From Ginkgo biloba (Eukaryota; Plantae; Ginkgophyta), in NCBI GenBank assembly GCA_024626585.2, contig JANKJI020000004.1:8693259-8718571 (forward strand): a stretch of 25,313 nt of DNA, read 5' to 3'. The position numbers and the translations under genes were made by a program. The notes beneath the pieces were generated by a model, which saw only the letters and a program-made list of their open reading frames with translations, did no database searches and was not told where the DNA came from. Shown here one piece after another: positions 9,065-22,489 of this stretch (position 1 is the stretch's first letter; the number at the start of each line of letters is the position of its first letter).

Positions 9065-11504
9065 CTGCCAGCAACCAAATTTATTTTATCTCACTTATCT
9101 GCATATGCTCAAAGAAATGACCATATTGTAACGAATATAATTACATCATCCTTGCCCATTTAAGCTATGACTTTAGGAGAAAACATGCACTTATAAAAGC
9201 CATGTAGCTCAGTTAAATTACTCACTTGTGATGAATCATCTGTTGGCATATGCATCTGTAAGTAGTGCATATTTGAAGTTTATGTAAGAGCTTTACGCTT
9301 TAAGTACAGAGATATGCATAGTCATTTGCACGCACGCATAGATCACATGAGAATAAGAAAATCAAAGTCTTGCTTTTATTTCTAAGAACATGTTTGAAGC
9401 TTTTCCTATGTGTGCCAATCAAAACACTACTTTAGAGAAATAAGCTGCTTCTAAGGGATGGGAGAGAGCTTATATGCAACTAGAGGGTGGAGGAGTTATT
9501 CATTGGCTTAAGATTAATCTTTGCATTGTGTTTTATAGTAAGTACAACTCATTGAGGACAAAGATCTCATAACAGCACAGAGATGTTACAGCCACGCCTT
9601 TATAACATAACATGCATTTATGACAGTAGAGCAGTGTTGAACTACACACTTGATGGGTTGTGTGCATACATGACCGATGCACACTTCATCTATTCTTTGA
9701 AATAACGCTATGCATAGTGTTGTAAAAGGACAAAGAAAGCACTGTTTTACAATGAGAAAGAAAAGTTCACATAAGTAAAGCAAAGTCTTGGTTTTGGTTA
9801 TACGTAGAACAGACTATTATAATCAGAAAGTAGTATGCTTGTAGACTTTTGACTGTGCAAGATTGCAAACAGTAACATCCATTCCATTAAGAGAAAACAT
9901 GCATTTGGCACAGTGGATGTAATAAACCTAAATAATGGTTGAATAGGTCAATTAGGATAACAGACACATTGATAGGCAATTAATAGTCGTGAGGGTTAGT
10001 CCATTACTTGTTAGTTAAAAAATGGAGGTTTGCAACCTTTTATCAAAGGTGATATCCACTCGCATGCACCTACCAAAAACTAAAGTAGGATTTGTAGTAG
10101 AAGCATCAATTCATGCATGAATTCAAATTCTTATTCTTGGTTTAAATCATATCATTTTCCTACAACTATAGAGAAAAAAGAAGATTCCATGTCTCTCACT
10201 GCATACACTTTGTATCCAGATCTTGTCTTCAATTAAAAATAATTGTTCTCTAGTCAGTATCATTAATTTACAATATTCAATTTCATCATTCTTCCACTAT
10301 CAATTTTAAAATCTTGGGCCGTCCTTTCAATGCGCCATCACTTATCATATATTGCTGATATTTTATCGAGTGATCAACAATCAATAATCAGTTTTTCAGC
10401 TCTGTTGTTATGGTGTATGTTCTTCCTTCTCTATCATCCTCACCATAGTTGAGTTCCTTCAAACTAGCTATGGATTTTTATGATAGATGTTACAATGTAG
10501 ACACCTTTCTTTTCTTTTCTTGACGAGTGTTTAACACTTGTTCCTACGGTAGAGCTATAATGCACTTTTAATGTTTTGTTTTTACCTGGAGATGCCTCAA
10601 GGCTTGAGCGATTCCTCTAATGTATTACAGATGGTGTATGTTTCTAGTCTATTGACCTATTTTGCTCAATTGTCGACATTAATGTAAGCATATGGTTGTC
10701 CCGTTTACCCACTATTGCTAGCATCACCCAGCCCATCAGAGTGCTTTCAATGTAATTTAAAAGAATACACATTGTCATTCTGTTGACTGTTCTACCGTAC
10801 TACTCATACTTGCATCACTATTATGTTTTTCTTGTCGTACCATAGACCATTGTTTTAGTTGCCCATAGTGAAATATCATTATGTCCAGCTTTTTGGAATC
10901 CATCATACTCACTGCCCTTTCATTTATACTCGCCTTTANNNNNNNNNNNNNNNNNNNNNNNNNNNNNNNNNNNNNNNNNNNNNNNNNNNNNNNNNNNNNN
11001 NNNNNNNNNNNNNNNNNNNCACTGACAAATTCTTCCTAACAATTGCATTGATGCATAACTTTTCACATCACTGTGAAACCAGATTCATTTATGTGCAAAC
11101 ATACATTAATTGCATTTCGATGTCTTCAATCTCACCTATCTTGTGTTCTCCTCACTCACCAACAGTGATCTCTACTAACGCAAGTACCTGCAAGAACTAA
11201 ATAGAGATGGAAATTTCTTTTCAATTCCCTTGTGCATCTCATCCTTGGTCATCCTCTACCAATACACTGTCATTCAACCTGCACAATAGAATGTTATTTA
11301 CATTGACGCCCTCTGCAATTAAAACCCTAGGAATACAAGCTCCATGGGGTTTGCCAACTTGCTCACATAAAACTCCAGGTGCCCATCCTCTGCCCTCCAT
11401 CCTTTTCTTTGCAACACTCTTTTAAACCCTGATCATATTAGCTTCCAAATGTGACTGACCCCATGATTAGATAATCCTTCGTCATTCCTAATAACCATCT
11501 TAAT

Positions 11505-12192
11505 TTTTGGCGGTATTAGTGTGTCATGTGGAAAATAGCAATAAAGCAAACAGAATCTACCGAAAAACAGAGTAAATTCTATCAAATCGGAGCAGATTCC
11601 ATAAGATTCCAGGCTAGCATGATGCAATAATAACACAGCAATAATGCCAACACCAAATAAGGATGCAGCAGGAATGACATCAGCAGTCCGTAACGATGCC
11701 CATACAGTCTGTACCACACTCTATACAGCATCTGCACTGTTTTTGCGACAGTCTGTATGGCCTGAACATGATGTCAATCAGCAAGAGAGAATGGCATTAA
11801 CCATGACATCGAAAGCATGATAGAGTGACAGATACGATGTGGCAGACTCATTAAGGTGCATTCATGAGAGTATTAAGAAGCATTAATTGAAGACATTATG
11901 AAAAGGCACCTTGGGAGTCGTGCCACTTCATTGAAAAGGTCTTGTCATTTGAGTTTTCAAGAGATATAATAAAATAAATAGGCGAGAGTGAGGAGTAAAT
12001 GTGAGAGCCAAGTTGAGACCTATGGCTTAGAGCGAGAAGCTTATGTACAATGTTTCATCAGTAATGAAGATCAATATATAAGAATGCAATCATATCATGT
12101 GTGCTCTCATGCAATGTGTGTAATTAATGGCATGTATGGTTGATGAACGTGTATGCATGTGTAAGCTCAATGTGCCATTTCCTTTGCTAACA
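11505..12192 (+). mobile_element. LTR-like repeat, another diverged copy (~688 bp)
   Basis: Homologous to 6031-6697 and ends ...ttgctaaCA. It is followed by gtggat...tagtcaa, like copy 1. Confidence 0.7.
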
Positions 12193-13322
12193 GTGGATCT
12201 CATGCTTGGGGTCCATACTTAGTCAACAGGCTTCTATTGTCCTAGGTGACCTCACCTTTAGCTCTTGCAAGCCCTTCATCAATTGACAACAATCACAATA
12301 AATAGAAATGACTTTACAAGGGCTTTTATGGAAGCCCTAGAACAATTATGCAAGGTTGTGAAACAGATTGAAGACATAGTCGAACCAAAACAAAAAAATA
12401 AAATATTAGAAACAAAGGAGGAAATATTGTTATGATAGACAAGTTAATCCCAAATAATAATGTTCTGTTTATATTTTGTTATTGTATTGTATGCTGATGA
12501 GATAATGTAGTTGGAGAGTATTATGGATCTTCTATTCCTGGAAATTTGATGCTCAATGTTTATGAAAAAGTTTGCTTCGTAGTTTCATATATAACTGATT
12601 TGGGTGTGTTTTGGTGACCCAAATGCCATAATTTGTTACTTGTTAATGAATAGTATATTCTTGTTTAGTTTTTACTTGCAGAGCACATCTTGAAAAGTGT
12701 TATTTTGTGGATTCTCTTTTACACTAGTCAATTTATGAAGATTATTGCCTTGTGCTGTCAGCAATAAGCTCCTAAGGCTGAAATCCTGTGTAGGAGTTCT
12801 TGATTTCATGTTACATTTTTTCTTATTGTTTCAATCCAAGCAAAGCCTGAACTGAGACAGTTTCACAGGACAGATACCCTAATTGTGCATATAACATTCC
12901 TGCCAGATTACAACTATGAGATTTTATTACATAAAAAGAATTTAATAACAATTTGATGTTCAGAACATGCGTTCAATGACCACAAATTTCAAACTGTAAC
13001 AACTAATGGTCCAGAATAGGTTGGATCAGCTTTACAGCATTGAGTTTTACCCAGTCATTAATCTGACAGTGATTTTCAGCCAAATGTCAACGTCTAAGCT
13101 TTGAACTTCATTCCATCCATCAGAGCTCTGCTTTCACAAGATTGATCTCAGCATCAAAGTATGCACAATACCCAAAAAAACACCAGANNNNNNNNNNNNN
13201 NNNNNNNNNNNNNNNNNNNNNNNNNNNNNNNNNNNNNNNNNNNNNNNNNNNNNNNNNNNNNNNNNNNNNNNNNNNNNNNNNNNNNNNTCAAGAGGAAAGA
13301 CATGTTGAGAGGTACAATTAGA

Positions 13323-13660
13323 TGATAATAAGGCTCTTTCAAATCCCCACATAATCAAGGTCCAAAAAAAGTGAGATTGCAATGTCGAAGATTGGATGTT
13401 GAGTACATTTATTGGGTTAGTTTGGAGGTATGATCAAGCACTGACCTTGGTCATGCATGGACTTAGTGCTGGATGGAAACACTCATGGAACTTGAATAAG
13501 AGAGAACACGCATCTAGTTGTGGTCCTTAATAATTGTATGAATTGATAAAACTGTTGAATTCGCAGTAAAATATGTCTGATTGTGGGTACATGACCCTTC
13601 TTTCCACTATAATAGGCTACTTACGTATATGATTAGTCTAATAAATGCTCCCCATCTTTA
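13323..13660 (-). mobile_element. PPT and putative 3' LTR (~13645-13323) of a gypsy chromovirus
   Basis: Minus-strand aaagatggggagca follows the chromodomain. The candidate LTR ends ...ttattatCA, and its 5' TG appears mutated. Confidence 0.55.
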
Positions 13661-13694
13661 AGAGCCATGCCCTTGTTGCATCTTTGATGTGAAT

Positions 13695-14160
13695 GTTTGA
13701 ATGAGGTTAGGGTATGCTTGCAACGCTTAGTATGCTAAGTGGCTTTGTTGAGTGGATGGTCTTGCCATTGGATGAGATATTTTTTGATGACTCAATCATG
13801 CAAGGCTTTGTCCTAGAATTGGTGATTTCTGTTGCTATTGCTAGCACAACTTTAGTTTCTCTAAGAAATTCTACAACCAAATTATTGTTAAGCTCTGGTA
13901 GTGGACCATTTAATGGATAATACCACTTCAACCATGACATGTGTAAGGCAGTATGGCTCTTACCCCATGTGGGTGATAGGTTGAGTGTATAGTTTCTCGA
14001 AGAATTCTTATGAAAGATTTCAATTGGTCCATACAACTAAGGTTGTAATTTAAAGTGAAAAGAATTGGTTTCTTTATAATGATGGGTACAATCGTGTAAC
14101 AATACTTTATCACAAAGTTGAACTCCCTCTATTGTTGTTGCTTAATGCTTGTTGATATTC
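13695..14160 (-). pseudogene. Ty3/gypsy chromovirus integrase C-terminus: GPY/F module plus chromodomain, degenerate
   Basis: QLCDKVLL...FKLQP*LYGPIEI...NYTLNLSPTWGKSHTALHMSWLK matches GDxVLL...KLxPRxxGPF...YxLxLP...HxVFHVSxLK. After a frameshift it reads KKYLIQWQDHPLNKAT*, matching the chromodomain YLVKW...EATW motif. Confidence 0.85.
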
Positions 14161-14639
14161 CATGGAGATGGACCCACAAAAGGACAACAACCAGTAGTTT
14201 GATGAATAAAGAACACCAAAACAAAAGTTGTCCCAAAAAATTGCTCTTAAAAAACACCACAAGGTTTTCCAAGGAATGGAGCACACCAATGGACAGAGAA
14301 ATGGAGCACATCATTGAGATAGGACAAAATAAGGCGTTGACAATAGTGAAGCCCTATAACTATAGTCACAAGCAACCTACTAAGATTGTAACATTTTGAC
14401 TGATAATGGGTCCTCGACATGCAACCCATTACCAACAATGGATTAATAGCTGAGTTACCAGGAAACAGTAGCAGGAGCGGAAAACGACACTTTTCAAAAT
14501 TCCAAGATACGGGAGAGCGGAAAATTTTAGGGTTTTGANNNNNNNNNNNNNNNNNNNNNNNNNNNNNNNNNNNNNNNNNNNNNNNNNNNNNNNNNNNNNN
14601 NNNNNNNNNNNNNNNNNNNNNNNNNNNNNNNNNNNNNNT

Positions 14640-15457
14640 CTTTGGTCTTCTAGTTGTGATTTGGAAGGTGGTTGTTGATTCAGTGGTTGAATTCTATTAT
14701 ATTGAAAGTGACTTTAAGTGTTAAACTACTCAAAACCTAGCCTTATTACATTGCTCTATCTTTTTAGCTAGCATAATTTCTTCCTCAAGTGTTTCGGGTT
14801 TGTGGTTTTGTACCTCATTCTTTATTTCTCTTGGAAGGTTACAAATGTAAAAGTCTAAGACTACTTCTTCCATCATCCCTGATTTTGCATGTAATATGTT
14901 GAACTTTTCAATGAATTCTTCTATTGTCTGGTTTTGTTGATAAAGATGTGTGAGTTGTATAGGGTAAGGATCACCTATGTTTCTATCTTCCCTTTTATAG
15001 AAGTTCAAAATGAATTGGTCGTATGATATGTGACTTAGATGTGCTCCAGGTGTGGGCATGTCCCTCCATGTTTGCTATGGTGAAACGTAGTTTTTNNNNN
15101 NNNNNNNNNNNNNNNNNGTGTACTTAGAAAAGTTGTTTCCAGTTTGCTAATGAACTCCGTTAGTTCAATTTGTCCATTAAATCGAGACTAAGGTATTTTT
15201 GGTTGTAAATGATAGGCTATTCCTCCTATTATCGCTTGTTGCGTATTTGATTGTGGTTTTGGATTTGGTGTTTGTTCCTGGGGTGGGGGTGGAGATTTTG
15301 TTGCTAACTAGGCTATATTTTTATTAATCTCTAAGATGGCTTTAGTTATTTCGTTNNNNNNNNNNNNNNNNNNNNNNNNNNNNNNNNNNNNNNNNNNNNN
15401 NNNNNNNGTTATTGTCCTTTCTAGTATTGAGTTTTGATGGTCAACATCCATGTCCAT
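14640..15457 (-). pseudogene. Ty3/gypsy gag (Retrotrans_gag-like), degenerate
   Basis: Possible start MDMDVDH at 15457, then PKIP*SRFNGQIELTEFISKLETTF. ORF 14730-15059 contains QLTHLYQQNQTIEEFIEKF...FYICNLPREIKNEV...PETLEEEIMLAKKIE, matching LxxLxQ...VxEYxxxF...FxxGL...PxTLxEAxxxA. Confidence 0.85.
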
Positions 15458-15930
15458 TTGACTTCATGCGTTAACCATTATTACTTTAAATCAAGAATAA
15501 AAATTTTAAAGGTTGGAGGCTTGGATTAAGAAAAAAATATTCTTGGAATATTCTTGTTTTAATCTTTTGACACCCCTAATGTTGGTTTAAAAAATTACAA
15601 GTTCTTTCATTTAACGGAAACGCTATTTTGCATTGTGGTTGCAATCGCAACGCAGTTTCTCGACTATGGCTACGTTGTTTACAACGCTACGGTTCTTACC
15701 TCAAAACTAAACGGAGACGCCTCTCCCCCTGCAATTTGCTTTCCTTGCTCACAACATGGAGCAGTTACCCTACTCATAGTACAGAGCAATTACCGTACTC
15801 ACAACACGGGGAAGTTTCTACAAGGATTGANNNNNNNNNNNNNNNNNNNNNNNNNNNNNNNNNNNNNNNNNNNNNNNNNNNNNNNNNNNNNNNNNNNNNN
15901 NNNNNNNNNNNNNNNNNNNNNNNNNNNNNN

Positions 15931-16352
15931 TTCTGCATAGCCTATAAGGTAACTACGAGACACATTCCATTTCACTCAGTATATGGTCAGGAGGTTGTAA
16001 TGCCCCTTGAAATTGTGATTCCAAGTTTGTGAGTGACATTGAAGAATCAATTGGGTGACGAGTCAAGCCTACAAGCTAGGCTAGACTAACTCCTTGTTAG
16101 ATGAATAGCAATTGATGGCACAAAGGGCAATACCTATTGNNNNNNNNNNNNNNGGAAAAAACAATGGCACAATCGCCATCTTTGACAACAAAACATTTGT
16201 GTTGGACCATAAGTTTTGCAGTATGATGGGAAGACAATAATTAAGCCAGATAAGCTGAACATACAGTGGTTAGACCGTTTTATTGTTATTACTATCTTTG
16301 AGAATCAACTCGGGATGGACCAATCAATGGTTCAAAGCTAAAATTATATCAT
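15931..16352 (+). pseudogene. Ty3/gypsy non-chromovirus (Athila/Tat-related) integrase C-terminal half, degenerate
   Basis: AYKVTTRHIPFHSVYGQEVVMPLE matches YRTAYK.TG.TPF.LVYG.EAV.P.E. It continues LQARLD*L, KQWHNRHL, VLQYDG...PDKLNIQWLDRF (GKLxxxWxGPF) and INGSKLKLYH (NGxxLKxY), with multiple stops and frameshifts. Confidence 0.88.
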
Positions 16353-17699
16353 TCGCAACAATGTGCAAAGAAGTACTTTTGTACACATTAATATAGACTA
16401 TCAATACAGAGAAGTCCCAGTTCATTACACATCAATACAGACTATCAGCGACTAGAAAAGCAATTTTGTATAGCAATTTAAACAAGGAAGACCACCCAAC
16501 CATCCCTATTAGTAAAACAAGTCCCTCAAAGTAATCAGACAAGCTATCAAGCCAATTTAGGATGGATCAGATAACTCAAAGCACTAGCAATCAAGCAATA
16601 GTCCAAGGAGGATATAAAACAATATGGTGATGAACAACAGCAAGACAAACTTAATTAATAAAAGGTGGGATTAAAAAGGGGCAATTTAGATGGCCTTAGC
16701 TAACTTCAGACATCCATCTCCAAACAGCATCTCCCGAATCTCCGAACCTGGACGACTCGTCTTAGATGCCTATTCAAAGGTGACAGAATGACAACACATG
16801 CGTAGATGGTATGAATGGCCCCACACGCATGTACACAAATAGTATTAAAGGCACCACACATATGCATGAGGACAGAGAATAGCATGACAAAAGGCAACAA
16901 TTGCATGACGACTCAAAGTGGCATATGCATGAGGGTGGTTGTTTCAAGAAACGAGGTGGTAGCCATGGATTCTTGAGGAAAGTTGGGAAGTTACTCACTT
17001 GCCCTCCTTTACCCCTTTAAAATTAGAAAGCCCATCCCATTCTCACTACAATGCAACGTGGCAAGCAAAGGAGCTAATGATAGTTTTGATAGGACAATTA
17101 GAAAACGGCAAGAAACCAAAGTGTTTTCAACGAATATTCTACTTGGCAGCATCCACAATGATATTAGATTTGAGATGCAAACCAATAGGAAGGAAGAATA
17201 GAAGCATAGGAGAGAGAATGGAATGATTGTTCATTGAATGCTTCATTGGAATGATACAATNNNNNNNNNNNNNNNNNNNNNNNNNNNNNNNNNNNNNNNN
17301 NNNNNNNNNNNNNNNNNNNNNNNNNNNNNNNNNNNNNNNNNNNNNNNNNNNNNNNNNNNNAAAACAGATCAGGTACAAACCCAAAATAGCCAAAGATGGC
17401 AACCAAGCAAGACCACACTAGCTAATGAACCCCCACAAGGAACCACATCACATCGTAGATGGTTGATTCACCGAAATTCTGCAACTAGTAGTGTAACCTC
17501 TATGGGTATAATCACACGAGGAATGCTAAAATTCGCTAGTGTTTTACATAGTATCACTATTCCAATTTTGGCCAAAATTCTAGAAGTCTTAAAGTGGTTG
17601 GCAAGGAGTTAGAATCCGCATGTTAAGGTCTCATGGATTTGAGGGTTTGCAGATTTTATACAAACTTGCAAATTTTGAGCTCTTACTAGCCCTTCCAAT

Positions 17700-19850
17700 G
17701 AGCCGAGGAGGTCTCCCACCCAAGGGTTACCTTAGAGCAAAAGAGAAACTACATAAAGACACTGTATACAGCTTATGACTCTTACAATGGGCAACATTGA
17801 GACCATAGCATAAAAGTGTCCTATCTCCAAACAAAGGAGTTCCACATGATAAGAACCTCGTTATCCTCCAAACTAGTTGGGGAGCAGTATTGTAATGATC
17901 TCCCAATGTGGTTGGTGTCATACTTGGAGGGAGTGCTTCAAGGAAGAAGGTATAATTGGTGCAAATTTCTCTTAGATGGACTACATCAAATATTTAGTGC
18001 CTTGATGACTAACGCCTCGTGGGTTTAAACTTTCACTATACCTCGTGGGATTTTATCATGATTGAGTAGAATTTTTTTTTAAAGGATAACTTATAATATT
18101 CCTATCAGCCATGGAATGGATCAAGAACATGATAGTGGATGATGCCATCCCTAAGGATTGGGATCTTTATCATAAAGTAGTTGTCAAGGTCCTCTTGGTC
18201 CATAGACTAAACCAAAATAAAGAGTGCTTCAAGTAATCTATTGCATAGTCCCAAATTCAATGAATTTGGATAGTGGCAAAGCTGGTGCCCAACACAAAAT
18301 TGGTTAATGAGTTCCTTAATTCTATGATCTTATGTGGCATTCCCCTAGGATGAATATATATAAGGTTGGATGGAGAATTAATATAGGGTATATTCAACAT
18401 TCTAAATGAAGGAAAATTGATCAACTNNNNNNNNNNNNNNNNNNNNNNNNNNNNNNNNNNNNNNNNNNNNNNNNNNNNNNNNNNNNNNNNNNNNNNNNNN
18501 NNNNNNNNNNNNNNNNNNNNNNNNNNTAGGAGCTCGAGGAGAATGACAACACTTCAAATCCCATGAAGGAGGAAGGGGACTCAAAGAGGATGGAAGATTT
18601 CAATGAGATTCAAGATCTTGTCTCGAATCTACATCAACCTCGAAGGATGAGAGTGCATGTTGCACCTGCATATAGTCAAACCATGAGCACACCAATTACA
18701 GGCATAGGAGGGGACCCTACAGTAGAAAGAATCGTCTTGGTAAGTCTCGTTACCTCCCCGAATGAGCCAAAGGATGTTGAGAAGGAAGTGTTCCTAGGAG
18801 GGAACCTCGAAGCAGAAGCAAAAGCCTTTTTTATGGCTGGTTCAGTAGAAGAGGAGGACTCTCTGAAGAATGCAGCACCACCAGTGACTTTCCCCAAGCG
18901 AATGTCGGATGAAGTCCTAGATGGGGCTCAAGAAGCCGATATAGCGATAATGTTGGGAGAAGAAGAGACCCTGGTCCCTTCTATTGTTGTTAGGCTTATG
19001 ATATCAATGTCAAGTCAGCATCCAAAAGAGAAGCAATCTGGAGCGTGAAGAGAGTGAACAGAGCAAGGAAGGATGATCATTGGGGAGCTATGGGGCAAAG
19101 TATGCTCGACTGCTCACTCTCACATTACAACTAGCAAATGAACTTCCACCTTGGAATGGGGATAGACTCATTAACTAGGTGATGGCGGCACTTCGACAAG
19201 CATTACAGGCACTTGATAGACTACAACAACAGACCTCTTAGGAGTTTAGGACTTAACTATTAGTTCAGGAGGACAAAGCAGTATTCAATAAATGCCATCC
19301 AGAGAGAAGGGAACACATGATGGAAAGGATAGAGAAAGGCCTAGAAGAAGGGGCATCATATGACAGAAGAATCGATATGGGAGGATTTAAGCAATTGACG
19401 ACACCTAAAGAGGCAGACCTATTCACAAAAACTTTCGCACAAAAGTTTCGTTGGGTCTCGCTTGAAAGTAGCGTCCAATATATGAAGCATGTCACAAGGG
19501 CACAACAGGTCAATGAATTGGAGTAGGATTCAAGACACTTCAGGAAGAATTAGTGCAGGAGAAAGAGAAAACCTCACAACAGGTGCTCTAACTAAAGCAA
19601 GTAAAGGTAGAATTAGAAGTCAATTGAACAACGTATCAAAGGCAACAGTAGGAGAGGTAGCAGCGGTAGTAAGAGGAATGTCGGTAGCAACTAGCGCTAG
19701 AGAGGTGGACATGGAACGAAGAACATCACTGGGAGATGGGGGAGACATTATCTTGACAAAGACCACTTTGGAGGGCAAAAACCAGTAACAAATAGTGGGA
19801 CTAGAGCAAAAAGTGGCCAAGAAAAGGAGAGGGTGAAGACAACATAAGCG
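17700..19850 (+). pseudogene. Long decayed ORF of unknown function, probably an additional 3' ORF of the upstream gypsy element
   Basis: A run of same-strand ORF fragments (17816-18028, 18563-19048, 19317-19526) with purine-rich coding-like composition. It has an acidic low-complexity middle and an E/Q/K-rich tail interrupted by TAG/TAA. Confidence 0.5.
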
Positions 19851-22489
19851 ATAAAAATTATGGTGAAAAAGGACACTAGGTTAAAAATGAAGCTAGTGAG
19901 TCATCGCAGACTGAATGTTGGGCCCTCTTAGACTGATGCGATGTCCTTACTTAAGTGAGATGCTCAAGTCTAAATGAGAGGGATAGATATTAGTGGCTAT
20001 TTTGTATTGTGATTAGGACCAACATTCAGTATTAATCAAGAGAAACCTTAGCCAATATAAGATGTAGTGAGAGCATGTGGAAATTCGATGAACCGAAAGT
20101 GAAAATTGAATGTCTCAACTTCCATACATTCATGCATAACTTAAACATTCATCCATTTCATAAACTCGGCTAAAACATGAGAGAATAATTCCAGTATGCA
20201 GCGGANNNNNNNNNNNNNNNNNNNNNNNNNNNNNNNNNNNNNNACAACTTTATTCATCATTAAATTTAGCACACCTAAGCTACACTTATGCCGATTTCTC
20301 TCAACATTCCAACAAACCAAAATTGATCATAAATATGCGTATATCAATTGTACACAACCATGAAAACAGCCAGCAAACAAATATGGTTTTAGCCTTTAAA
20401 ACTCAAATTTCACTCAATAAAAAAAGTACAAACATGTAGTATTAATTGCAAAAAGTACAGCCATCAAATCAGCTTAGTACACAGCTGATAACAGTCCATA
20501 AACAACCATCAGTATCTTCTGAAATCTGCCATATAACTGTTGCAATCACATAGCAAAATCACTGCAAACACATAGAAAATATTGGCACAAATTTCTATGA
20601 AAAACCATCAATTAATCACTAAGTATGCACAGCATAAATGTTGTCCTTGAAGCCGCCAACTTCACAGAGTGAGTTCTCCAATTACATAAATGCCAAAAGC
20701 ACAAAATCCAACGCCAGCATGTAATTAATAGGCCTTGGGAAAAGNNNNNNNNNNNNNNNNNNNNNNNNNNNNNNNNNNNNNNNNNNNNNNNNNNNNNNNN
20801 NNNNNNNNNNNNNNNNNNNNNNNNNNNNNNNNNNNNNNNNNNNNNNNNNNNNNNNNNNNNNNNNNNNNNNNNNNNNNNNNNNNNNNNNNNNNNNNNNNNN
20901 NNNNNNNNNNNNNNNNNNNNNNNNNNNNNNNNNNNNNNNNNNNNNNNNNNNNNNNNNNNNNNNNNNNNNNNNNNNNNNNNNNNNNNNNNNNNNNNNNNNN
21001 NNNNNNNNNNNNNNNNNNNNNNNNNNNNNNNNNNNNNNNNNNNNNNNNNNNNNNNNNNNNNNNNNNNNNNNNNNNNNNNNNNNNNNNNNNNNNNNNNNNN
21101 NNNNNNNNNNNNNNNNNNNNNNNNNNNNNNNNNNNNNNNNNNNNNNNNNNNNNNNNNNNNNNNNNNNNNNNNNNNNNNNNNNNNNNNNNNNNNNNNNNNN
21201 NNNNNNNNNNNNNNNNNNNNNNNNNNNNNNNNNNNNNNNNNNNNNNNNNNNNNNNNNNNNNNNNNNNNNNNNNNNNNNNNNNNNNTTCACAAAAACTAAA
21301 AATTTTCCGAAATTGCTAATTTCGGAACATGAGTCTTGATGACAATATTTTAATAGAGCAATCAAACTTTCGAGGGGGACTCCCGAATGATGACCAACAT
21401 TGATCGAACGATCAAGAATCGTTTGATGGGATATAATGTGAATATTCATTAGTAGTATAATGATGGGATTGTTGCATAATTGTATCGAGGGATGTTGTTG
21501 AGGTTCTATACATCAACTGTCTCCAATGAATACCCAACACCTATACAGGGTTTCCCCTCCACCATAAAGGGCCCCCTCATTGTTTTCGAGAGATAGTATG
21601 GGTTTGGTCATCATACTACTCCCTGTCTAATCTTTGGATGATCCCCTTGTATATTCTTTTCTCTAATTAATGAGAATCTTGTTGTTGCCTACTTCTAATG
21701 TCTTATTTATTCGTGTGATCTCTTTGGTGTATCAGGAATAGTTTTGCAATCTCAATGTTAGTCTAGGTTCGTAACTTGAAAATCATACTCAAGTACAATA
21801 GTTCAAGTGTTCCTTCATTCCAATAGTCAAGTAAAGCGTCCAACCTATTTAGCTTGTGACATCTCTCCCTTCCATCAGAAATCATTGCCCTCAATGAGAA
21901 CTGCCTCTTTGACAAAAACTATTGATTCTCCAAATGGCCTTTTAAACAAGCTTATCTCATTACAACTAGATTCTCTCCTATATCTTCAATACAAAATCTC
22001 TTACTTCTATCTTGGGTTCTGGTCGTCAAAGGAAACAAACAACCACTAAAATGGTCTTTTGCCCCCTATGATAAGGTATTTTCTGATTTAAGCCTATAGA
22101 AACTAGACTAAGAGGGTTATGAGGTGGAGCTTGTCTTGTCCATGACCATTTCATCATGTTGTCTCTTTGTTGGCATCTAATAAACAATACAAATACATAA
22201 GGGTTTGACTCTAGGGCAACTCAGGCAAGAGATGTTTATATAGATTGTGTTATTTCCCTCCATCATTGCCAAACTTGCTACTCATGTGGATGGAGATCAT
22301 TATATACCTCTATCTAGAAAACTTGTAGCTTTCCACTCAAGGGATGTTATTTTACTAGAAGATTGTTACAGTCCAACTTGACACCAATTAACTAATCAAT
22401 GAGGTATGGATTAGCAAAGTATCAAATAGGAGTTAACTTTGTAGTTTAGGAGTTGGTTTACTAAATTGACCTTACTAAAATGTGCGATG

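Noticed and set aside
12300-12435. Short helical-looking reading frame (DFTRAFMEALEQLCKVVKQIEDIVE)
   Set aside because: Too short to assign; possibly a transposon gene fragment.
21500-22050. Possible minus-strand gag-like coding remnant
   Set aside because: Coding-like composition, but many stops and no motif I can name.
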